DNA of 11,451 nt, from positions 1 through 11,451 of the forward strand of contig CBFFRQ010000110.1 in the NCBI GenBank assembly GCA_965644315.1. The letters are read 5' to 3'. This stretch comes from Caecitellus pseudoparvulus. Lineage: Eukaryota; Protista; Bigyra: Bicosoecida. A model generated the notes under the pieces. It did not search any database, had not been told where the DNA came from, and saw nothing but the letters and a program-made list of their open reading frames with translations. Below are positions 1-6,828 of the stretch, piece after piece (positions within the stretch are counted from its first letter, which is position 1; each line of letters starts with the position of its first letter). A program made the translations under genes and the position numbers.

Positions 1-425
1 TGAGCACGAGCTGACCGTTTAGAATCTTGCCCTTGAGTCGAGGGAGGATGTGCCGTTGTCATAGGTGCTCCTGACCTGCCCTGGTGCGCTGAGCGAGACC
101 GTTTCACACCGCCAACTGCTACTGTCGTGTGATCTGCATGCCCTGCCGCCCACGACATGTCATCGTCGCCGTGAAAGCGGATCGATGACTCAACAGCGAC
201 ATTCCGTTGCTTGGCTTTCTTCCCCTTCTTGGCTGCCTTATTGGCTTTCTTGGCAGCTTTCCGCGCAGCCTCTTCATCTTCTGCAGCAAGGGCGGCGCCA
301 GGCACCACGTGCGTTTGACTGCTGGCAATACCGTCGCTGAAGAGAGGCCGCTGGCAACACAAACCTGCTGTAGACCGATGTCCATCTTGTGTATATCGCT
401 GCAGATATGCGAGTTTGCTCGCCAT
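1..425 (-). CDS. BUD13: BUD13/CWC26-like pre-mRNA splicing factor (RES complex), N-terminal part; continues past the left window edge. Predicted exons 425..365 and 280..<1
   Basis: ATG at 425 gives MASKLAYLQRYTQDGHRSTA, then EDEEAARKAAKKANKAAKKGKKAKQRNVAVESSIRFHGDDDMSW. This matches the BUD13 N-terminal layout as I recall it: SKxxYLxRY, a basic stretch, then a RIVDDDVSW-like motif. The probable in-frame 84-bp intron is 364..281 (GTTTGT...CTGCAG). The frame has no stop down to position 1, which is presumably why it is missing from the ORF track. The diagnostic C-terminal Bud13 domain lies outside the window. Confidence 0.72.
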   Translation of the reverse strand, partial: MASKLAYLQRYTQDGHRSTAGLCCQRPLFSDGIASSQTHVVPGAALAAEDEEAARKAAKKANKAAKKGKKAKQRNVAVESSIRFHGDDDMSWAAGHADHTTVAVGGVKRSRSAHQGRSGAPMTTAHPPSTQGQDSKRSARA

Positions 426-664
426 GGCTCACCGGCGCCCAGGGGGAGCCACGCAGTTGAGGCAAGTGCGGAAATCACTTTGCTGGCAAGGCGCACCCAG
501 CGACAATTCGCGCTCGAAAAGGAAGCAAGCTGATATAGCACAGCTAACACAACAATGTTTGACGCATGTGAAGTTGATTTACCTTGTTCTGAATTTGCAG
601 CATTCGCTTTGCCCAACACTGCCATGACTGCTGTGACTGGTGCGCTGCGTCTTTGGGCGGTTCA

Positions 665-2962
665 CTACATTTCAGAATCCTCCGGTTTGGAGGAGGTAGT
701 TGCAGGCTCAGCCCCCCCTACACTTGGCTCTGGGGCAACAGTGGAGCCACGCTTCTCACCTGCCTCGACCTGCTTGCTGAGGGAGTCGATGCTATCCGCT
801 GTGTCTTTGTCGTGTGAAATGATCTTCTCACGCTCATTGTAGCTGTAGGACATGAGAATAGCATCTGACATGGTGTCTAGGACAGAGGCAAAGAGGCCGC
901 CCACTGTGTACCCTGTGAGGAACACAACAACGGCTGGGAGGTATGCGTCTGTGACCGGCCCGTCTGGCATGAAGAATTCGGACACCGACGGCGTGCGCAG
1001 CGCAACGAAGACAAGCAAGGCAGGAACAGCGCCAGTGATGAGCTTCCCAATGAACAGGAACACAGCCTTCAGAACGACAAGGACTCCTACTCGCACGATG
1101 TTGGTTGTGATGTACTCGATCGCCTCGCAGGAAGCGGGGACGAAGCTCTTGCCCGTCAATCCGACGAAAATGTACGCGATTTTGTTCACGAACTTCAGGC
1201 AACACTCAATGCACCACAAACAGCATCGCACACAGCAGGCCATCATCTTCACCAGTGGGTTGTTTTCATGCTTTGCGACGACACGCATGTAGTACTCAAA
1301 GGCGGCCCTGAGAAATTGCACTGTTGCTATGAGCAAGCTGCCGAACGCGACGGTTCCTAGGTGGTATCGCAAGACAGTGCACAGCATGCGGAAGGAGAGG
1401 CAACGAAGAATGCGGCGCTTGCCTTGCTCTTGTGGTGCAAAGTACCAGCTCACGCCCACAAACCCTACCACCATCTGCGTCAAGGCCATCAACGCTGCCA
1501 TGACCCACAGTATGCCAAAGAAGTGCAGCACAAACATGTGTCGCATTGTGTCGTTGAACTGGACGGTGCGAGCGATGCCTCCAGGCACATTCGGCACGCT
1601 GACCGGCACCACATCCCCAATAGAGAAGAGGAACACGGACACGACCACCCAGAGCAGCACAGCCACAGCAGTAAGTAAGGTGGTCACGAGGGGGACAAGA
1701 ACAACGCCGGGAGAAGCTGCTACAGCTTGGCCAGTGAGCATCAACACCTTTACCGCCAAACGCACGCGAGGCAACAAGAAGATTGACAAGATGCAGCTGA
1801 GGACGGCGACGGCAAAGACGGCGAAGCTGCCATAATAGTGCACCTTCCATCGCCCATCCGAGTCGTAGGAGTCGGGAAAGTCGGCTTTGATCTCCTCTGC
1901 CCCGAGGTACAGATACAGTCCGCACACGATGATGCCAACGTTGGCGAGGATCATGGACACGTAGACTGTTGCACCCGCCACCAAAGCGATGAGCTGTCTG
2001 TGAAGGGGGAAAACGTGGGCTGCCGTGCTCCACGACATCTGTACAATGCGTTGGGGACCAGTCTGCACTTACGTGTACAGCATGCCGACGAAGAACGTGA
2101 GAAGGATGCCGGCACCAATCGCGAACCGGGCATTCATTAGCGATTCCATGATAGCTCCCACATTGTACGTTTCCATGGCCTCAAACGTGGCAGCTGCAGT
2201 GGCATTATCAGTCAGCACTCGGGGTAAGCAGTGCCCAGCAGTTTCTCGACTGTCGGTCGTGAGAAGGAGCTCTTCATGAGCTGCCCGGCACTCCGTCGCG
2301 GCCCACTTGGCCTGATACTCCAGAGAGCTGTTGGAAGGGAATTTGACCGAACCATTCACAGCGTTGAAGCACAGAACTGTGATGCCTGCTGGTGTGTCTA
2401 CGCTTGGGCATGCTGAGGCACAGATCTGCGGCGGGCAACGCTTGCCATGAGACCTTAGCGGCGGAACGGCAACGCTACACCTGCTTCGCACCATAAACGC
2501 GCTCGAACCCAGGCTGTTGGGATTGTACACAGAGATTGCCTTGGACCCCAAGGAAGGGGCGCCAGTCTCCACTGAACATGTGCTTGTGTTTGGGCTGAAG
2601 AGGGAGGCAGTCCCACAGAGACCTACAAAGCCAGGCGCCGGGCGAACGGTGAGGGGCTCAGCCACCTTACGATACTCTGCCTGAGAACTCACATCCTCGG
2701 TAGTCCATGCCGCTGTATAGCTTTCTGGGATCCCCTTCTGTCAATGAGATTCCAGCAATGACGAGCATCACCCCCATGAATGCTGTGCGGTAGAGGGCAG
2801 GAGTCATGCGCTGCGCTGGTCCCGCACACCAACGCCGCACACACCGATGAAAGCGATCAGCGCGAAAACATCCGTGCATGACCTCCGTTCTTTGCCTGCT
2901 TGAAGTGGGGCCACGGGCTTCTCGTCGCTGTCCCGTGGTGCACAGGAGCAGCACGCTCCCAT
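665..2962 (-). CDS. Choline transporter-like protein (CTL/SLC44 family), about 674 aa. Predicted exons 2962..2845, 2782..2693, 2622..2492, 2425..2073, 1997..665
   Basis: The spliced product begins MGACCSC...RRSCTDVFALIAFIAFMGVMLVIAG...GDPRKLYSGMDYRGCLCG...ICASACP. It continues through multiple TM helices, YHLGTVAFGSLLIA, CCVRCCLWCIECCLKFVNKIAY and GKSFVPASCEA, all CTL family hallmarks. Four GT-AG introns (2844..2783, 62 bp; 2692..2623, 70 bp; 2491..2426, 66 bp; 2072..1998, 75 bp) restore frame, giving 2025 nt. An in-frame TGA lies just upstream of the ATG, and the stop is TAG followed by TGA. Confidence 0.93.
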
Positions 2963-3233
2963 GTTTGCCGGATCAATGAATTCAATTTCCGCTGGTCACT
3001 CTGCAGTCACCCTTGCACACACAAGCCTCGAGCAACACACATGTCAAGAGGGGAGCACAAGTGAACTACATATCACAAAACGCACGATGATTTGCTCGAA
3101 GACTGACTTTGAGGCTGAGAATCTCAACCGCTTGGCTAGTTCATGCAAACCAACAAAAACGGAACCAAGCACAATTACGCTCAACGGCAGACTATGGCAG
3201 GCTACTCTTGATTACATGAGGATCAGGTGTCAA
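2963..3233. promoter_or_regulatory. Divergent (head-to-head) intergenic region between the CTL gene and the cysteine-rich-domain gene
   Basis: 271 bp between start codons at 2962 (minus) and 3234 (plus), visibly more A-rich than the flanking coding DNA. No specific element identified. Confidence 0.5.
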
Positions 3234-4181
3234 ATGGCTGCTCTCTCAATTGTCTTGCTCCTGGGGGCAGTGGCAAACCTATTGCACCCCGTACCAGCTT
3301 GTGTCCTGTCACACCAAGATTCAGGCACCTGCACTCCGGTGAACGAGCTTCCCAGTCAAATTCCATTCTGCAGCAGCGTTGTCAAGTACACCGCATGCCT
3401 GCCGAGGACAGTGGTGCGCGAGCAGCCTCCGCCCCCTGCCAACGCGCATGAAACGCAGCGCCTGCTACGCCTGCTCGGCGCAGGAACCGTGGACGAACCA
3501 CACAGCAGCAGCCAAAGATCAGTGGGTTGCATCGAGTGTGAGAAGTGTCATTTCTACCCGTATCGCCATTGAAAACAACCTGACCTACTTGCAACGAGGT
3601 GCGTGCCTATCTGCTGGCACGTCAGACCAAAGCTCTCCAACAGTTGACACTTACCGCAGGTGTGAACGAAAATGGCATTGTTGGCGACATTGCACAACGT
3701 TTTACTGATGACGAAGACTGCCAGGACGCCTATCGGAACTTTGCATGCTTTCTGAACTTCCCGCGATGCGACGGGGAGCTCAAGAGCATGACCCTCTGCA
3801 GAAGTGTTTGTGAGAACTTCTTCATCGCGTGCAACGTAAGTGGGGAACACGATCATCACCATGCGATCAGTGTTCAAACATGAATACCAAAGCTTCCTGT
3901 GCTGTGCGCAGTACCCCGAGGATTTGTGGCGGTGTGGCAACCCAGTATTCTTCGGGGCTGATGAGCCGGAGGAAGAGACGGACATCGATGAGAACGGACT
4001 CCCCATCTTCTGGAGGGCGCCCTTCCCAGGCCTCCCCTTCACAGCCAACCGCTTCGATGGAGACGGCAACCCGCTTGAAGCGTGCACTCCCAGCATCGCC
4101 GGCAGCGCTGCGACGTCCCACACAGCAGCGCTCGCCGCTTTGCTCGCAGCTGCAGCAGCCCTGGCAAGCATGCTCGTGTAA
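3234..4181 (+). CDS. Secreted, probably GPI-anchored protein with a Frizzled/Mid1-like cysteine-rich domain, about 246 aa. Predicted exons 3234..3413, 3484..3598, 3660..3835, 3912..4181
   Basis: Signal peptide MAALSIVLLLGAVANLLHPVPA. There are 12 Cys after it, with CRD-like motifs IPFCSSVVKY, DCQDAYRNFACFLNFPRC, LCRSVCENFFIAC and YPEDLWRC. The C-terminus has small residues followed by a terminal hydrophobic tail (SIAGSAATSHTAALAALLAAAAALASMLV*). Introns 3414..3483 (GTGCGC..GCAG, 70 bp), 3599..3659 (GTGCGT..GCAG, 61 bp) and 3836..3911 (GTAAGT..GCAG, 76 bp) join four ORF-track fragments in frame (741 nt). Confidence 0.82.
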
Positions 4182-4220
4182 ACATACGGCCCAGTCCAGA
4201 ACACACTGCCTCGGCAAAGA

Positions 4221-5120
4221 CTACTTGCTGAACATGCCACGCCACTGCTGGTGGCCGCCCAGAACCGCTGTGAAGAGGCCCATGCTGTTCAATAGCGTTG
4301 GTGACAAACCCAGCCCCTGTGGTAGGGAGTAGTGAAGCGTCACAAGCCAGTCAACAAAGTACCGCAGAATGGACAGGCCTTCACTCCTCAGCTCTTCCTC
4401 GCAGACTGCCAGGCGCTGCCGGAGAGTCGCGAGGGCTTCCTGAGGAGGCAGGCCGGGGTCTTCCCCTTCCTCCCGCGGAGACTTGGCAGAACCGTCAGCG
4501 GGCACTGCACTTGAGACGTCAGGCACTGTCGCCTGTCGGTGCACTTCAGCCTCGGCTGAAGCGATGCCAGCACGCAGTTTCGCAACCTCGCCGAAAGTGG
4601 TGGCAGCTTGCTGCGCCTTCAACAGCAGCTGGCAAGCCAAAAAGAGACACGCACAGCGCGTCCCGAACGTCTGCAACCGGGACACAGTGGGCGCTGGCAT
4701 GACTCCAGGCACAGCTTTATTGAGCCAGGCCACGTGGTCGGTGGGATGGAACAGGATCATGGACACAGCCCCTGCATCGTGCAGCAGGGCCAGGACGGGA
4801 TCACTGCCTCGGTGCGGGTTCCGAGCCAGCGCAACCACCCAGTCTGCCAATCCAAAGAAGCGAAGCATGTGCCGTCCTTCGGTAACTTTGTCCGCCACAC
4901 GGCCCAAAGCCTGCTCGCCAGCAAACGCTGCCAGCTGCAAGCGCGGGTCCGCATCGCCAAAGCCATCCGAGGCCTGAAGCCGCTGCAGGCCCAAAGCAGC
5001 CAGCCGGGACGCATACACCATGACCTTGAGCACCTTGTCAGAACCCCAAATATTGCTGGTGAAGGTGCTGAACTTCCCCAGCACCTCCACAGCGGCGTCC
5101 ACAGCGCCACCTTCAGCCAT
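4221..5120 (-). CDS. PEX11: Peroxisomal biogenesis factor 11 (PEX11 family), about 299 aa, intronless CDS
   Basis: The first ATG (5120) is in an ACCATGG context. Motifs GSDKVLKVMVYASRL, GRHMLRFFG, FHPTDHVAWL and DWLVTLHYSLP...MGLFTAVLGGHQQW follow the PEX11 pattern (GRDK..R..QY; RK..R.G; DH..WL; D......G..S.......W). The ORF-track start at 5189 is a TTG. Confidence 0.88.
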   Translation of the reverse strand: MAEGGAVDAAVEVLGKFSTFTSNIWGSDKVLKVMVYASRLAALGLQRLQASDGFGDADPRLQLAAFAGEQALGRVADKVTEGRHMLRFFGLADWVVALARNPHRGSDPVLALLHDAGAVSMILFHPTDHVAWLNKAVPGVMPAPTVSRLQTFGTRCACLFLACQLLLKAQQAATTFGEVAKLRAGIASAEAEVHRQATVPDVSSAVPADGSAKSPREEGEDPGLPPQEALATLRQRLAVCEEELRSEGLSILRYFVDWLVTLHYSLPQGLGLSPTLLNSMGLFTAVLGGHQQWRGMFSK

Positions 5121-5511
5121 GGTGCCAACGGCACTGCAGCACGCCAACGGCAGAAAATGGGCTCGGCAAGAGACGAGGCAGCCTTCCAAGGGCCGGCTAG
5201 TGCAAATAGACGACAGTATTCATTGACAATAAAATCTTAGTGCAGCGTGTTTAGTTTGGCCTTGGTATCATTCTGCGCACGATGCGAATCTGCCGCAGGC
5301 GAAACGCAGGCGTTGAGCAGCAGCCCCCGGCCAAGGAGGAATTACCAGCACAATAAAATCCAGCACTGCGGCAAGATCTCACTCTTGTAGTGCCATAACC
5401 ATCTGCACGCTAACTTCCTAGCGTGGCCGTGGCTGCCTTAAGCTGCAAGTGTGTCGGCGCTTGCGTTTCACTTCTCCACACCGCTGAGTGTCACAGCTCA
5501 CTCTGCGAAGA
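5121..5511. promoter_or_regulatory. Divergent intergenic region between PEX11 and the claudin-like gene
   Basis: 391 bp between head-to-head ATGs (5120 minus, 5512 plus). Contains two copies of ACAATAAAATC (5226-5236, 5350-5360) and pyrimidine-rich initiator-like TCACTTC/TCACTCT motifs just upstream of 5512. Confidence 0.5.
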
Positions 5512-6620
5512 ATGGAGGCACTGGCGTTCTGTGGGCTCGCTGGGCCATCTGGTTCCATGATGCAGGCTCAGGGGAGGTGGCGCCTGGGTGAGAAGGCCTT
5601 ACCACAGTGTGCAGCGCATCCTGGTGCGCACTCCCTTGCCCGCTCCATCCTCGAGCAGTGACGGGGATTGCCCTCTTGAACTGGCTGCTGCTGGTGGTCT
5701 CTGTCGGACACACGGGCTGGATTGATGGGACAGGGCCACAGAATGCCAACCCAGGATCCCGTGGCCTCGACTTTCACTTCGGTCAGTGCACGATGCGACT
5801 GAAGGTGCGGAAGTTGGCTTCGCGAGCATCTCTGCTCCCCTCCCGCAGGCCTCCAAACGTTCAGGTATTTTGAGAAGACGAACTTAATGGGGGTGGCAGT
5901 CATTACAACAACGTCCTACGATGGTAGGTGCTTGCTCTGTGTTCAACCAGCGCACGGCTGAGCACTGCCCATGTATCCCCCACAGCTGACCAAGCTCTGG
6001 ATGTGGCCAACCACAAAAATGCCGGCACGCACCAGGTGAAGCCTGGGCAGCTGTATGCCACGCTGGGGCTCATGGTGACAGCTGTCGTCCTGCAGACGCT
6101 GGTCTTGTTGGCCCTCGCCCAACAACGCACAGGCTTCTTCGGGACGAACTTGGAAGTGACGTGGCGAGCTCGCGCTTGCTCCCTGTGCAACGTCATCTTC
6201 GTCATCGCCGCAGTGGGCGCCTTTGCCAATGCGGGGTACCTTGACGCGCTCAAAGCTGCCTACGATGCCGACAAGGACGACGAGACGCACTACGGCGACG
6301 GGTTCAATTCCGCTGCGACGTCCATCGCTGGCCTGCTCATCCAGCTGGCCCTTACTGTCGTCTTTGCAGGCAGCCTGGAACAAGTGGCCAAGTACTACGC
6401 AGCGCTGGGGATCGACTCAGGAAACGGCATCGCTGCTGCAGCTGCTGGCTTGTCGGGCACGGATGAGGCCGCCAGCAGCGGCACCGCCTCCTCCGCCTAC
6501 ACGACACTGACGCCTGAGGAACGCGCCCGGATCCTTGGCAAGTCTGCCCCAGATGGGGATGCTGACTCCGAAGAGCAAGGAGGCGGCTACCAAGGCTCTT
6601 CTGCCTATGCCTCACTCTGA
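5512..6620 (+). CDS. Four-transmembrane claudin/PMP22/SUR7-superfamily-like membrane protein, about 302 aa. Predicted exons 5512..5587, 5659..5781, 5849..5923, 5986..6620
   Basis: Three phase-1 introns (5588..5658 GTGAGA..GCAG, 71 bp; 5782..5848 GTCAGT..GCAG, 67 bp; 5924..5985 GTAGGT..ACAG, 62 bp) give a 909-nt frame. The product has TM1 (VTGIALLNWLLLVVSVG), then TGW and DFHFGL in a long first loop. It continues with TM2 (LYATLGLMVTAVVLQTLVLLAL), TM3 (CSLCNVIFVIAAVGAF), HYGDGF before TM4 (SIAGLLIQLALTVVF) and a low-complexity acidic tail. The gene model is well supported; the superfamily call rests on topology and motif position only. Confidence 0.7.
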
Positions 6621-6828
6621 CGTGGGGAAGCAGAGCGCAATGCACCACCTCGACAAGTGCGACGGCTGGAACTACCATTCTTTTCTACAGTGCAGAGAGA
6701 GAGACGATCACGCTCAGCTACAAGGTACGCCGGCGCAAGGAAGCGCATCTGAGATTTGATTCCATCATCAGAACGGCTGAACTGCGGCAACATGCATTCG
6801 TCTTGTGGGCACGGGGCACCAGAGGTCC

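Noticed and set aside
119-625. 168-aa minus-strand ORF and the overlapping plus-strand ORFs
   Set aside because: These are alternative frames over the BUD13-like gene, which uses a different minus frame from ATG 425.
2069-2071. Apparent in-frame TAA splitting the CTL gene (readthrough, recoding or pseudogene)
   Set aside because: The TAA is part of the GTAAGT donor of a 75-bp intron (2072..1998). Splicing gives a clean MLYTQLIAL.
468-2992. GCGGAAAT/ATTTCCGC octamer near both the BUD13-like and CTL start codons
   Set aside because: Only two occurrences, in opposite orientation relative to their genes, which is compatible with chance.
2961-3572. 203-aa plus-strand ORF whose ATG overlaps the CTL start codon in a CATG palindrome
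   Set aside because: The first 91 codons cross the intergenic region and look non-coding. The signal peptide starts at 3234, and the ORF's tail is read-through of intron 3414..3483.
6710-6775. Possible box C/D snoRNA on the minus strand (TGATGA ... CTGA) in the convergent gap
   Set aside because: The boxes are only about 57 nt apart, there is no terminal stem, and I cannot identify an rRNA-complementary guide.
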